This document shows positions 36,518-47,049 of a DNA stretch of 64,000 nt, one piece after another. The notes under the pieces are model-generated. The model saw only the letters and a list, made by a program, of their open reading frames with translations. It was not told where the DNA came from and ran no database searches. The stretch's first letter is position 1. Every line of letters starts with the position of its first letter. The stretch lies in assembly GCA_026396515.1 (NCBI GenBank), contig JAPLWQ010000003.1:291569-355568 (forward strand). The letters are read 5' to 3'. The translations under genes and the position numbers were made by a program. The stretch is from Candidatus Magasanikiibacteriota bacterium (GTDB taxonomy: Bacteria; Patescibacteriota; Patescibacteriia; Magasanikbacterales; GWA2-37-8).

Positions 36518-37114
36518 ATGTACTCCGCGCCAATCAACAATCTGATTGAAGCGCTTAAAAAGCTTCCCTCGGTCGGACAAAAAACGGCCGAGCGTTTTGT
36601 TTTCCACTGGCTGGCCTCCGGAAAAAAAGAGGTTAATGAATTGAGAGAGTCGCTTGACGATTTGCTAAAAAAAGTTAAAAGCTGCGAAATTTGCTGGAAT
36701 TTTTCTGATGCTTCACCCTGCTCTATTTGCGCCAGCTCAAAACGAGACCAATCAATCGTTTGTGTTGTGGCCGAGGTTCCGGATATTACAGCCATTGAAA
36801 AAACCAACGAATACAGCGGGGCTTATCACGTCTTACGCGGTTTAGTAGATGCAGCCGAGGAAAACAACGCCATAGGAGATATTAAAACTAACGAACTGTG
36901 GAAACGGCTGGAAACCAAAAAAATTAAGGAAGTGATTCTGGCTCTAAATCAAGATATGCCGGGAGAAACCACAGCTATGTACCTTGAGCGGGAAATTAAA
37001 AAGAAGTGGCCGGCTATTAAAGTCACCCGGCTGGCGCGAGGATTACCGATGGGGTCAGATCTGCAATACGCCGATGAGGTCACCCTAGGAAGCGCTCTGA
37101 AGAATAGGCATTAA
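36518..37114 (+). CDS. recR: Recombination protein RecR
   Basis: LPSVG.KTAER, C4 zinc finger, YHVL.G, LARGLP.G.DL.YADE.TL. Confidence 0.96.
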   Translation: MYSAPINNLIEALKKLPSVGQKTAERFVFHWLASGKKEVNELRESLDDLLKKVKSCEICWNFSDASPCSICASSKRDQSIVCVVAEVPDITAIEKTNEYSGAYHVLRGLVDAAEENNAIGDIKTNELWKRLETKKIKEVILALNQDMPGETTAMYLEREIKKKWPAIKVTRLARGLPMGSDLQYADEVTLGSALKNRH

Positions 37115-37148
37115 AAAAACCCCGACCTTACGTCGGGGTTTTTCTTTT
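37113..37148. terminator. Bidirectional terminator between recR and rplU
   Basis: A-tract, CCCCGAC-CTTAC-GTCGGGG, T-tract. Confidence 0.85.
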
Positions 37149-37452
37149 ATGCAATTTTTACTTCGGAAAATTTCTGTCTTTGTCCGTGCACTTTGTGATA
37201 GCGGACTTTGCGCTTGAACTTCTCCACTCTTATCGTCTTATAATGGCCCTGCTTAATAATTGTGGCCTCAACGGTAACACCGGATAAATACGGGTCACCA
37301 ATTTTCACATCCCCGCCTTTGTCGTCAGCGGTCATAAGCACCTTATCAAAAGTGATTTTATCACCTTCGGCTTTGGGCAGTTTTTCAATTTTTAATCTTA
37401 GATCGTTCGTTACCAAATATTGCTTTCCGCCGGTCTCAATTACTGCGTACAT
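37147..37452 (-). CDS. rplU: 50S ribosomal protein L21
   Basis: MYAVIETGGKQY, IG.PYL, GQRQ. Confidence 0.96.
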   Translation of the reverse strand: MYAVIETGGKQYLVTNDLRLKIEKLPKAEGDKITFDKVLMTADDKGGDVKIGDPYLSGVTVEATIIKQGHYKTIRVEKFKRKVRYHKVHGQRQKFSEVKIA

Positions 37453-37484
37453 AAAATTGATTATTAGTTATTTGTAAGGTCTTT

Positions 37485-37513
37485 AAGGTATCAACTTTTA
37501 TTAAAAAAGTCAA
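37485..37513 (-). promoter_or_regulatory. Putative rplU promoter
   Basis: Minus strand TTGACT-N17-TACCTT. Confidence 0.5.
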
Positions 37514-37517
37514 GAGC

Positions 37518-37988
37518 TTATGGCTTAAATACCGCTGTATCCCCTATTTTTATACCGTTCCTCGCTATAAACCCGGCCGGTAGTTCCAAAACCGCTGTAG
37601 CGGGCAACCTGGGCCTATAGGATGTAAGCAGTGCCTCCGGCCGGTCTTTCTCCGGCTTTAAACCGGGCGCAATATCCACAATTTTTCCTTCATCAATCCA
37701 AACAATATCAATCGAAAACTCCATATCCCTCATCACCATAGTGTAATAGCCAAGCGAGTTCATCTTAAACCACATCCCTTCATTTTCTTTCAAACCATCT
37801 CTTCCGCTCAATCCTTTATGCCAGTGAGTTGCCGTATCCGCCACCAACACACTTATTTCATGGCCGGCGATCAATGCTTCGGCCTTCGGCCAATATAACC
37901 AATCATACAATTTCAATACTACAAATATCAAAACGATAATGCCGAACAAATACAAATGCCATTTTTTAAATTTTGCATTATTAGACAT
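37518..37988 (-). CDS. DUF192 family protein
   Basis: VAD.....GLSGR, GM.F, M.DM.F.IDIVWI, VLELPAG, IKIGD. Confidence 0.9.
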   Translation of the reverse strand: MSNNAKFKKWHLYLFGIIVLIFVVLKLYDWLYWPKAEALIAGHEISVLVADTATHWHKGLSGRDGLKENEGMWFKMNSLGYYTMVMRDMEFSIDIVWIDEGKIVDIAPGLKPEKDRPEALLTSYRPRLPATAVLELPAGFIARNGIKIGDTAVFKP

Positions 37989-39018
37989 ATTTTTCTTTAG
38001 CGCGAGCCAGCCATACGCCGAATATAATCATGGCGACGGTTAAGATACAAAGCGCCACTAATTTGCCCCAGCTGTGTAGAAACAAAGTGGTCATACCAAA
38101 AGCAAAAGCGATAAAATAATATATCAAAACGGTTTGGCGGTGGCTTAATCCCAAATCAAGGAGTTTGAAATGAAGATGCCTGCGGTCGCCGGTAAATATC
38201 GGTTGGCCTGTTTTTAAACGCAGATAAATAACGCGAACAAGATCCAAAATAGGTACGGCCATCACGAGTAGTGCGGTGGCAATTTTTCCGCCGGCAACAA
38301 TGGCAAGGGCACCGAGCATAAAACCCAAAAATAACCCACCGGCTTCACCGAGAAAAATTTTTGCCGGATGAAAATTTAATATTAACGAACCGGCGCAGAC
38401 GCCGGCGAGAATAAGCGACACAGCCGTAATATCCGCCTGATAAAATTTACCCGAGGCGGTCAAAAAATGAATCATTAGCGCACCGATTAAAACCACTCCA
38501 TTTACCAGGCCGTCCAGTCCATCCAAAATCTTCACCGTGTAAGTCATGCCAAAAATCCAGAAAAAAATCACAATATTTGCCAACACCAATAAGTCACCGA
38601 CGCGCCACATATCAAGTGGAATGTATCCGCCAAACGGATTGGTTATGGAAGTAAGCTCAGACCCGCCGGCAATCACGCAGAATGCGGCCACGACGGTAGC
38701 GCTCAATCTGATTAATGGCGAAAGTTTGTATTTATCATCAGCCATTCCCACGATAACCAAAATCAAACTGCCCAGAAATATACCGATTAAACTGGCATCC
38801 GACAGATGTTTATGATTTATATTGGTAAAAGACACCAGCCAATATACCACTATCCAGAACGCTAAAAAAATAGCCAAACCACCCCACAGCGGAACCGCTT
38901 CGGCGTGCCTTTTCCGGTCATTGTCGGGCGTATCTATAACTTTCAACTTTAGCGCGACAACTCTGACAAGCAAGGTTAAAACCAAACAAATTGTGGCTGA
39001 AAATAGAAAAAGTGGCAT
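37981..39018 (-). CDS. WecA/TagO-like undecaprenyl-phosphate GlcNAc-1-P transferase (MraY family)
   Basis: D.P..RK.H..P..GG, G..DD, DGLDGL, NFHPAKIFLG, DR.HLH. ATG at 39018 chosen because the longer ORF would overlap the rpmA promoter. Confidence 0.9.
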   Translation of the reverse strand: MPLFLFSATICLVLTLLVRVVALKLKVIDTPDNDRKRHAEAVPLWGGLAIFLAFWIVVYWLVSFTNINHKHLSDASLIGIFLGSLILVIVGMADDKYKLSPLIRLSATVVAAFCVIAGGSELTSITNPFGGYIPLDMWRVGDLLVLANIVIFFWIFGMTYTVKILDGLDGLVNGVVLIGALMIHFLTASGKFYQADITAVSLILAGVCAGSLILNFHPAKIFLGEAGGLFLGFMLGALAIVAGGKIATALLVMAVPILDLVRVIYLRLKTGQPIFTGDRRHLHFKLLDLGLSHRQTVLIYYFIAFAFGMTTLFLHSWGKLVALCILTVAMIIFGVWLARAKEKYV

Positions 39019-39053
39019 ATTTACGCTTACAAGTTTATCAAAGTAATATTCTC

Positions 39054-39082
39054 TTGACAAGCAGAGGGTTTTGTCGTATAAT
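39054..39082 (+). promoter_or_regulatory. rpmA promoter (perfect consensus)
   Basis: TTGACA-N17-TATAAT. Confidence 0.85.
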
Positions 39083-39133
39083 GCTCGCACTAATCACTTT
39101 TGATTTTTATCTAAAAATTAAGCAATTTTATAT

Positions 39134-39412
39134 ATGTCCCATAAGAAAGCCGGCGGTTCCACACGGCTCGGCCGAGATTCACAATCCAAACGGCTGGGCG
39201 TAAAAGTCCACGACGGCCAGGTTATAAAGCCGGGCATGATCATCGTGAAACAGCGCGGTACGCGCATCCACCCGGGAAAAAACGTTAAAAAAGGAAATGA
39301 TGATACCATCTTCGCGATTGCAAACGGCAAAGTGAAGTTTGAAACACGCAAGCGCAAGCGCTTTGATGGCGCTATGAAAATAGCCAAATTCGTCAGCGTG
39401 GTAACAGCGTAA
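39134..39412 (+). CDS. rpmA: 50S ribosomal protein L27
   Basis: [36 protein letters not shown]. Confidence 0.97.
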   Translation: MSHKKAGGSTRLGRDSQSKRLGVKVHDGQVIKPGMIIVKQRGTRIHPGKNVKKGNDDTIFAIANGKVKFETRKRKRFDGAMKIAKFVSVVTA

Positions 39413-39422
39413 AAAATAATAT

Positions 39423-39464
39423 TAAAAATCCGTCGATTAAAATTCGGCGGATTTTTTATTTTTT
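39423..39464. terminator. Bidirectional terminator after rpmA
   Basis: AAAAATCCGTCGA...TCGGCGGATTTTT. Confidence 0.8.
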
Positions 39465-39499
39465 GTTTACAGACTGTACAAACTTTATGGACTTTCCGA

Positions 39500-40414
39500 C
39501 TATTCTATCCCCCACTCCTTTTTTAATTCATTAATTCCGTCTTCCAATTTTATCGTCGGCTCCCAGCCAAGAAGTTCTTTGGCCTTAGATACATCAGCGT
39601 GAGTTTTCCGAACATCACCCGGCCGCTCCGGCACAAATACCGAAGGTCCTCCGACCATCTTCACCAAATCATTTACCGTATGCGAAACACCGGTACCGAT
39701 ATTTATTATTTCTCCTTTTCCAACATTATCCTTTGTTAACGCCAGCACATTCGCTCTGGCCACATCTGACACATGCACAATATCACGCAAATATTCTCCA
39801 TCCCCACAAACAGTCATCGGCTCTCCATTTTTAACCTGTTTTAAAAACTTGCCAATCACTAAAGCATACGGTCCTTCAGGGTCAAAATACGGTCCGTAAA
39901 CATTAAAATATCTTAAACATACGGTTTCGAGCCCGAACAGCGAATTAAACAGCCGGCAATAATTTTCACCGATAAATTTGTGCAGTGAATATGGACTTAT
40001 CGGATTCGGGACTACTTTCTCATTGGTGGGAAAAACATCGGTGTTGCCGTAAACGGATGAAGAAGAGGCAAACACCACGCGCTTAATTTTATTATCGCGT
40101 GCCGCAATTAACACTTTAAGTGTTCCATTTACATTGGTGTCGTGTGTTAGCCATGGCTGTTCCACAGAATATGTGACTCTGGGAAGTGCCGCTAAATGTA
40201 CAATGCCGTCAAAGCCTTCGGAGCATAACTTGTTCAGCGCTTCACTGTCCCGAACGTCCCCCTCGACATATCGCGCACCGACAACCACACGCTCTTCGTT
40301 CCGTCCACCCGCATAGTTATCAAAAGATACTACCTCATGGCCTTCGGCCATCAAATATTTGATAGTATTTGTACCGATAAAACCGGCTCCGCCGGTAACA
40401 AGATATTTTGACAT
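39500..40414 (-). CDS. NAD-dependent nucleotide-sugar epimerase/dehydratase
   Basis: VTGGAGFIG, ASSSSVYG, Y...K, LRYFNVYGP. Confidence 0.92.
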   Translation of the reverse strand: MSKYLVTGGAGFIGTNTIKYLMAEGHEVVSFDNYAGGRNEERVVVGARYVEGDVRDSEALNKLCSEGFDGIVHLAALPRVTYSVEQPWLTHDTNVNGTLKVLIAARDNKIKRVVFASSSSVYGNTDVFPTNEKVVPNPISPYSLHKFIGENYCRLFNSLFGLETVCLRYFNVYGPYFDPEGPYALVIGKFLKQVKNGEPMTVCGDGEYLRDIVHVSDVARANVLALTKDNVGKGEIINIGTGVSHTVNDLVKMVGGPSVFVPERPGDVRKTHADVSKAKELLGWEPTIKLEDGINELKKEWGIE

Positions 40415-40420
40415 AAAAAA

Positions 40421-41809
40421 TTATTTCAAATTTGATTTAATAAACGGGGAACCGACCGCCACCACATCGCAACCGTTATCAGCCAGTTCTTTATACTGGT
40501 GCTGAAGCATTCGCCGGCCGTCAATGATAAGCGGTTTGATAGCGCTTTCAATAATGATGTCACCGATACCTCTAAACTGAGGCCAGTCAGTGCATATAAA
40601 AATAATATCGGCTTCATTAAGTGCCTCTGCCTCTGATGCCGAATACTCAATTTTTTCCGAGGCGGGAAACTGTCCCTTAAAACTGTCCATTGCCGCCGGA
40701 TCAAAAATCTTAATTTTTTTAACCGACTGTTCCGACAAAAAATTAACGATATTTATCGCCGGCGAATTCCTGGTGTCATTCGTATCCCTCTTAAAGGCAA
40801 CGCCGAAAATAGAAACAGTTTTTCCCTGCCATTTGGCGCCCGCCTCTTTTTCCGCCCGTCCGATGAGTAACTCAAGCTGGCGCTTATTTGCCAAAAATGT
40901 TTCATTTATTAAAATCGCGTTTTGACCCGCGGTCTGCAATTGATAGGCCAGCGACCGCGTATCCTTGATAAAACAACTGCCCCCGCTGTATAAACTGTCA
41001 TAAAACCCCCACTCGCCGATACGGGCGTCGGAGGTAAGAATTCTCCGTAGATTTTCAAACTGCAAACCGGAAAATGTTTCACAGGTTCTGCCGATAATAT
41101 CAAAACAAACCATCAGTTTATTAAAAAGATAATAATTCGCCAGCAGTTTACCGGCGGCCGCTTCCTTGGGATTAACTTCAATATACTTTACCGACGGTGA
41201 ATCGTAGAATCGCCTGTATACCTGGCGCATTATTTCCAGATCTTCGCCGGTCCACGACCCAATTACCACCCGGTCGGGCTTGAGCGACCCTTCGATGGCC
41301 CGCCCTTCAACCAAAAACTCCGGATTGGAAACAACGCCAAAATTCTTCACACCGGCTTTAACAAATATTTCTTTTGTCTTGTCCGCCATATCAATCGGAA
41401 CCGTGCTCTTATTCACAATCACTAATCGCTTTTCTTGTTTTCCATTGTTTCGCTTTGTGAGTGAGCCGGCCAATTTCTCAGCCGCCGCAAAGTAAAATTT
41501 CAGATCACTCTCCCCTGTTTCTCCGATTTCAGGGGTGGGAAGACACATAAACACGGCGTCGCAATCATCCAAGAATTTCTCCACCAGTGAATAATCGCCG
41601 ACAAATGATATTCGTTCTTTATTACGCACAAGCAGATCGCCCAGGCCTTTCTCAAAAAGGCAGGATTCGATAGTATCGCGGTCCCCCGATCCGAGCATTT
41701 TTATCTTTTTTTCATCAATGTCATAAACCAAAACATCGTGCCCGCTTTCTGCTGACACTGCGGCCGAGCACGACCCGACAAAACCGGCGCCAATATATAC
41801 AAGATTCAT
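40421..41809 (-). CDS. ugd: UDP-glucose/GDP-mannose dehydrogenase family protein
   Basis: GAGFVG, PTP, KSTVP, SNPEFL.EG, GGSCF.KD, AFK..TND.R.SP. Confidence 0.88.
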   Translation of the reverse strand: MNLVYIGAGFVGSCSAAVSAESGHDVLVYDIDEKKIKMLGSGDRDTIESCLFEKGLGDLLVRNKERISFVGDYSLVEKFLDDCDAVFMCLPTPEIGETGESDLKFYFAAAEKLAGSLTKRNNGKQEKRLVIVNKSTVPIDMADKTKEIFVKAGVKNFGVVSNPEFLVEGRAIEGSLKPDRVVIGSWTGEDLEIMRQVYRRFYDSPSVKYIEVNPKEAAAGKLLANYYLFNKLMVCFDIIGRTCETFSGLQFENLRRILTSDARIGEWGFYDSLYSGGSCFIKDTRSLAYQLQTAGQNAILINETFLANKRQLELLIGRAEKEAGAKWQGKTVSIFGVAFKRDTNDTRNSPAINIVNFLSEQSVKKIKIFDPAAMDSFKGQFPASEKIEYSASEAEALNEADIIFICTDWPQFRGIGDIIIESAIKPLIIDGRRMLQHQYKELADNGCDVVAVGSPFIKSNLK

Positions 41810-41836
41810 ATTTTCTAATAATCAACCAAAAAAATC

Positions 41837-42955
41837 CTATTTTGAAATGTCGTAATAAACCTCTTCGGTAGCCTTACACATTTTTTCTAAAGAAAAATTT
41901 TGCTCGGCAATTTTTCTGCCTTGCGCACCGAGCTTTAATCGAAGATCTTTATCTCGAACTAATTTTAGTATAGCTTCCCGTATTTGTCCAATTTCATTTT
42001 TTACCAAAATTCCGTTTGTTGCATTAACTACTTCACGTATTCCACCAATATTACTGGCGATTACAGGCAAACTTACGCTCATGGCTTCCAAAATTGACAA
42101 GCCGAAACCTTCCCACGCAGAAATAAAGACAAAAATATTAGAGAGTCTAAGTTCTGCTACAACTTTATTCCTCGGTAAAGCACCTTTGAATTCAACTTTT
42201 ACTTTTCTATCATTTGCCAGCTTTTCTAAGGCATTCCTTTTGGGACCGTCGCCAATAATTGAAAACTTTAAATTAGTTTTTACTTCAAGCGGCAGAAGAT
42301 TAATGGCTTCGATCACCAACTCTGGCCTCTTTGGTTCGGCTAAACGACCGACGAAAGCGAGACGAATTTCGTTATTCTGAATATCGTTTGAACGTTGATC
42401 GTTGGTCAATATACTATTTTCTTCGGCATTAAAATTGACACCATTGTAAATAACCCTTAACTTATTTTCCGGCGCAAGATGATATTTTAATCCAAGCTTC
42501 TTTATAAACTCCGACACGCAAATATATATATCCGTATACCTGGCCGTAATTTTTTCAGCAATCAAAACGGCATAACGAATCAGTGGGTTAATTCCTAAAT
42601 TAAAACCCCAGCCGTGAGCAGTGTAAATAGTTTTTATATTACCTCTTATCGCAATTCTTGCCAAAAATGCGGCCGCCGAACTGTGACAATGAATAATATC
42701 CGGACAAAATTCCGACACATACTTTTTAATTTCTCTTGTCGCTTTATAAATGGAAAATGGATTCGCGCTGTTGCTGAAAAAGTTATTTACCACAAAATTA
42801 ACGCCGATTTCCTTACTCTCTTCCTGTAACCACCCGCCACCCATACTCATTACAGATATTTCAAATTCCTTTTTCTTAAAATATCTACAAAGATCAGCTA
42901 CGTGTGTTTGAGCGCCACCCAATTCAGATTTAGTGATTAAATAGAGAATTTTCAC
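41837..42955 (-). CDS. Glycosyltransferase family 4
   Basis: GGAQ, HCHSS, YTAHG, VGRL..PK, EGFGLSILEAM. GTG start at 42955 inferred. Confidence 0.9.
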   Translation of the reverse strand: MKILYLITKSELGGAQTHVADLCRYFKKKEFEISVMSMGGGWLQEESKEIGVNFVVNNFFSNSANPFSIYKATREIKKYVSEFCPDIIHCHSSAAAFLARIAIRGNIKTIYTAHGWGFNLGINPLIRYAVLIAEKITARYTDIYICVSEFIKKLGLKYHLAPENKLRVIYNGVNFNAEENSILTNDQRSNDIQNNEIRLAFVGRLAEPKRPELVIEAINLLPLEVKTNLKFSIIGDGPKRNALEKLANDRKVKVEFKGALPRNKVVAELRLSNIFVFISAWEGFGLSILEAMSVSLPVIASNIGGIREVVNATNGILVKNEIGQIREAILKLVRDKDLRLKLGAQGRKIAEQNFSLEKMCKATEEVYYDISK

Positions 42956-42959
42956 AACA

Positions 42960-43676
42960 TTATATAAATAATTTGAACAAAAATCTAAATAGTATGGCAA
43001 ATCGAATTTTTAAACCAAGCCAGCGGACAGCAATATTATGTGTCTTTGTAATGCCACTATTAAGCTTCCTGTATTTTAACAAGTATTGTGGCAGATTAAC
43101 AACATTATACACTGGAACAATACGGCCCCACAATTCATAATCCTGCGCATAACGATATTTTTCATTATAGCCATGCATCTCATCAAAAACTTTCCTTTTA
43201 AACATAACACCGGGATGAATAAATGGATTATGGAATAGAATATTATGTTTAATTTTTGAATATGTAGTTGGTACTTTGTAGACACCGACTTCATTACCCT
43301 TTTTATCAATAAATTTTGCCCATACACCACAAAGAGCCACCTCAGGATTTCTTTTAAAATAATCAACTTGAACTGCTAATTTCTCCACCTCGAAAACATC
43401 GTCTGCATCAATTCTGGCTACTAACTCACCACTTGATATACTGACGGCATAATTGAGTGATTTTGTTAATCCTTTGTTTTCCCTCGAAATAATTTTTATT
43501 CTGGAATCAGAAAAACTATTCAAAATTTGGAGTGTTCTATCCGTTGATCCGTCATCGATAATGATAAATTCAAAATTTTTATATGACTGACTAATGACGC
43601 TCAATACAGACTCTTCCAAATAGCTTTCCCCATTATACGCAGACATAACGACAGAAACTAATGAATTTTCTTGCAT
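42960..43676 (-). CDS. Glycosyltransferase family 2
   Basis: VSVVMSAYN, IDDGSTD, RIDADD, QDYELW. Confidence 0.92.
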   Translation of the reverse strand: MQENSLVSVVMSAYNGESYLEESVLSVISQSYKNFEFIIIDDGSTDRTLQILNSFSDSRIKIISRENKGLTKSLNYAVSISSGELVARIDADDVFEVEKLAVQVDYFKRNPEVALCGVWAKFIDKKGNEVGVYKVPTTYSKIKHNILFHNPFIHPGVMFKRKVFDEMHGYNEKYRYAQDYELWGRIVPVYNVVNLPQYLLKYRKLNSGITKTHNIAVRWLGLKIRFAILFRFLFKLFI

Positions 43677-43679
43677 ATA

Positions 43680-45521
43680 TTATCTTAAATCACTAATAGA
43701 AAAATCGTGTTTTTCCATCCAAATAGATAAAACTAATAATATCCAAGTTTGATAATTATTTATCCTCCGATAACGTCGACTTCGTTCAAATGAAATAAAA
43801 TTATAAATCTTACCATTTGGATTATCTAGATAATTATTAATTAGAGATTTTACTTCTGTATAATTTAACCATTTTTTAACCGGCGCACCAAAACCTTGTT
43901 TCCCTCGGTTCCGGATAGTTGCAGGCAATGACTCTGCAAATGCCTGCCGTAAAATCAACTTATCATTATCACCCATGATTTTTAATTTATCCGGCAAAGA
44001 AATACAGTAAGAGGCAAAGTCAACATCCAAAAATGGCGCGCGCAATTCCAAACTATTGGCCATTGCCGCCCGGTCAATTTTTACCAAAATATCTCCTGGC
44101 ATATAATTCTCCAAATCCATTTTCATGGCATCGTTCAGAGTATCGTCGGCTGTAAATGAAATCGCCGTCTCACGCACTGCATTGGGAGTGAATTTTAATA
44201 AATCATTCAAATCACTATCGGAAAAATAGGAATTTTGACTATTATGAGCGAAAACAACGGAATCAAATTTATGATTTAATTTTAAACCAAGATACCTGTA
44301 CCAATACTGTCTCCGGTTGCGTGACATCATCCCAAAACTCGTAATCAGCGTGCGTGTGAATAACTTGGCCAAGGAATAATCACCGCCATTTTTCATAAAG
44401 TACAGGGGCTGATACCAATTCCGGTAACCGCCGAGAAGCTCATCTCCCCCGTCACCTGTTAAAACCACGATTGAATGCTGTCTGGCCAACTTGGAAATTA
44501 AATAGGTCGGAATATTGGATGAATCAGCAAACGGCTCATCATATATGTCCTGCATTTTCACAAGCAAATCCGCAATATCATAATCGCTTTCAAACAATTC
44601 GGTATGCTGTGTTTTATTTAGCGTTGCCGCCTCTCTGGCAAACGGCAATTCACTCAATGAATCATCAAAGCCGAAAGAAAAGGTCATCAAATCGCTTTTG
44701 TGTTTACTCGCAAGCGCCACTATAGTGCTCGAATCTAGTCCGCCGCTTAGAAATGCCGATACCGGAACATCGGCCACCAACTGCTTTGCTACAGCTTGGT
44801 CTAGCAATGTCTTAAACTGCTCTACTGCCTCATTCATTGAAACTTCCGGCCCCGTGATAGGTAATTGCCAATATCGCCAAGTTGAAATATTACCGTTTTT
44901 TAAACTTAAAGCATGCGCCGGAGGCAAGGTAAAAATATTTTTGTAAATCGTTTTCGTCGGATGGACATATAGGCGCTGAAGATAGTGCGTCAAAGAGTCA
45001 AAATCCAACACTGGATTAATTAAACCCGTCGTGAGAATGGCTTTTATCTCTGAAGCAAAAATAAATTCTCCGTTTTTTCCAAAAGCGTAATAAAACGGCT
45101 TTTCTCCAAAGCGGTCGCGGGCGCAATACAATTCCTGCTTATTTTCATCCCAAATGGCAAAGGCGAACATGCCGGGCAAATGTTCTGTCAGACCGGATCC
45201 GTATTTCTGATATAGTGCCAGAATTACCTCGGTGTCAGAAGTCGTCTTGAAAGCGTAGTCAACCAGCTTGTCTTTAATCGCCTTAAAGCCGTAAATTTCG
45301 CCGTTAAAAGTAATGCCGACGGACTTGTCAGGTAACAGCATTGGCTGGTCGCCCGTGCTTAAATCGACAATGCTCAAACGCGCGTGCCCCAAGACACAAT
45401 TATTAAAATAGTGCGCTCCATGGCCATCCGGTCCGCGGTGGCGCAAAGAAACAACGGCTCTATCAAGCTGTTCACCATAATTTTTTGAATTTTTCGCCGC
45501 AATTCCTACAATGCCGCACAT
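43680..45521 (-). CDS. asnB: Asparagine synthase-like glutamine amidotransferase (glycan amidation), copy 1
   Basis: MCGI Ntn start, HRGPD, RDRFG.KP, LSGGLDSS, GDGGDE, ELR.PFLD. Confidence 0.9.
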   Translation of the reverse strand: MCGIVGIAAKNSKNYGEQLDRAVVSLRHRGPDGHGAHYFNNCVLGHARLSIVDLSTGDQPMLLPDKSVGITFNGEIYGFKAIKDKLVDYAFKTTSDTEVILALYQKYGSGLTEHLPGMFAFAIWDENKQELYCARDRFGEKPFYYAFGKNGEFIFASEIKAILTTGLINPVLDFDSLTHYLQRLYVHPTKTIYKNIFTLPPAHALSLKNGNISTWRYWQLPITGPEVSMNEAVEQFKTLLDQAVAKQLVADVPVSAFLSGGLDSSTIVALASKHKSDLMTFSFGFDDSLSELPFAREAATLNKTQHTELFESDYDIADLLVKMQDIYDEPFADSSNIPTYLISKLARQHSIVVLTGDGGDELLGGYRNWYQPLYFMKNGGDYSLAKLFTRTLITSFGMMSRNRRQYWYRYLGLKLNHKFDSVVFAHNSQNSYFSDSDLNDLLKFTPNAVRETAISFTADDTLNDAMKMDLENYMPGDILVKIDRAAMANSLELRAPFLDVDFASYCISLPDKLKIMGDNDKLILRQAFAESLPATIRNRGKQGFGAPVKKWLNYTEVKSLINNYLDNPNGKIYNFISFERSRRYRRINNYQTWILLVLSIWMEKHDFSISDLR

Positions 45522-45525
45522 AAAT

Positions 45526-46404
45526 CTAAATCTTTATCCAACTATCAGGAATTAAATCTTTAGTATTAAACCTCTTGTCATTAAACCAATTTTTCGGCGC
45601 GACTACTATTCTTTCCGGATTTTGATTAAGCCAGGAGCCCCACCAACTGAATGAGCTGTTGGCAATAATATTATGCTTACACCGGCTCATGTAATACATT
45701 TCCTCGTAGTCAGCATATTTACCATTGCTCACATAGGTTACCGGGCAATCAAACTTCAAATTGTCTTTCGCCCACTCAATATCGTCGGAAAAAATAAAAA
45801 TGTGAGGCGAACTAACCGACTTGGCAATATATTCAAATGCCTTTTTATAATATTCAGCCGAACAGGCGCCATGAACGCGGCTCGTCTCATTATCAGCTAC
45901 ATAATCACTCCGCCGCACATGCAGAGATATTGAATTTGAAGAATTGATTATACCGAGCAACTCCTTATCCAATTTCTCGGCACATTCGCTTTTCAATGAA
46001 AATTCCCGCCTAATAACGGATTCAATATCCTTAGAATACTTTTCGCTCTGCCAATATCCGTCCAGATACGCATCGTCCGGCGCCTGAAAAAAATCGAGAT
46101 AAAAATGAAAATACGGCTCTTTGATATATTTCCGTCCGCTTATCGGCAGTAATTTATACAAGCGGCCAAAAAGTTTTCCGGCTTTAGTCCGGCTGACAAA
46201 ATATCTAAAAAAACCTATGTCTTTTTTGTTCGCGATGTTTTCCGTCAAACTATAACAAGAAAGAGAATAGTCGCGCGCTATATCTCCCCTATTCCTGATA
46301 AAATCGGTTTTGACCGAAGTATTTCTTTTTTCCGCGAGACAACGGCCGGCCGCGTACTGAAACATCTGATTCCCCAGCCCGCCGTTGAGTTTAACAATAA
46401 TCAT
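45526..46404 (-). CDS. Alpha-1,2-fucosyltransferase (GT11)
   Basis: GGLGNQMFQYA, GYWQSEKY, HVRR.DY, FSDD, IIANSSFSWWG. Confidence 0.93.
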   Translation of the reverse strand: MIIVKLNGGLGNQMFQYAAGRCLAEKRNTSVKTDFIRNRGDIARDYSLSCYSLTENIANKKDIGFFRYFVSRTKAGKLFGRLYKLLPISGRKYIKEPYFHFYLDFFQAPDDAYLDGYWQSEKYSKDIESVIRREFSLKSECAEKLDKELLGIINSSNSISLHVRRSDYVADNETSRVHGACSAEYYKKAFEYIAKSVSSPHIFIFSDDIEWAKDNLKFDCPVTYVSNGKYADYEEMYYMSRCKHNIIANSSFSWWGSWLNQNPERIVVAPKNWFNDKRFNTKDLIPDSWIKI

Positions 46405-46412
46405 AAGTATTA

Positions 46413-47042
46413 TTAACCTTTGCGCTTCCAGTTTTCCCAGACAAATTTATATTGGTATGTCAATTCATGCGTCACGGCCAATTTTTTCTGAATTTTTTTC
46501 ATTCTGTCATGCGCGTTCGGCACAAAATCATGAAACTGGACTTGGATATTATGAATATTTCCTATTGCAGGGTCACTAACAAGCGCATCCAACAGGTCAT
46601 ATTCCCCTCCCTCGATATTTATTTTCATCAAATCAATCTTCACTATATAATTGTCCTTCAAAAAATTAACCGCATTTTTAAGTGCAATATTTTCAACTTT
46701 GTCGCCAGTTGTTTTAAATATTGAGGACGAATTATTGTCAACAGATATTTGCTCAGTTCTGTCTTCACTCGATAAACCAAAATTATAAACGATTATGTTG
46801 CCTATTTCTTTGAATCGATCCCTAATAACATCACTAAATTCGCGAACCGGCTCAAAAATATGAATATTGCAGGCGTACCTGGAGAATATATCGCTAGACC
46901 ATTCCCCCTCATAACCTCCTAAATCAAATACAACAGAATTATTATTAAGGTCATAATCCAGCCGCAATGTTTTTTCGCAATTATCACGGCGCCATCTCGC
47001 CGTACGAAATTTTTGCTTAATTCTTCCAATAATATCAAACAT
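46413..47042 (-). CDS. FkbM family methyltransferase
   Basis: FDLGGY.G, FEP, KINIEGGEY, QVQFH. Confidence 0.88.
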   Translation of the reverse strand: MFDIIGRIKQKFRTARWRRDNCEKTLRLDYDLNNNSVVFDLGGYEGEWSSDIFSRYACNIHIFEPVREFSDVIRDRFKEIGNIIVYNFGLSSEDRTEQISVDNNSSSIFKTTGDKVENIALKNAVNFLKDNYIVKIDLMKINIEGGEYDLLDALVSDPAIGNIHNIQVQFHDFVPNAHDRMKKIQKKLAVTHELTYQYKFVWENWKRKG

Positions 47043-47049
47043 ATAATAT

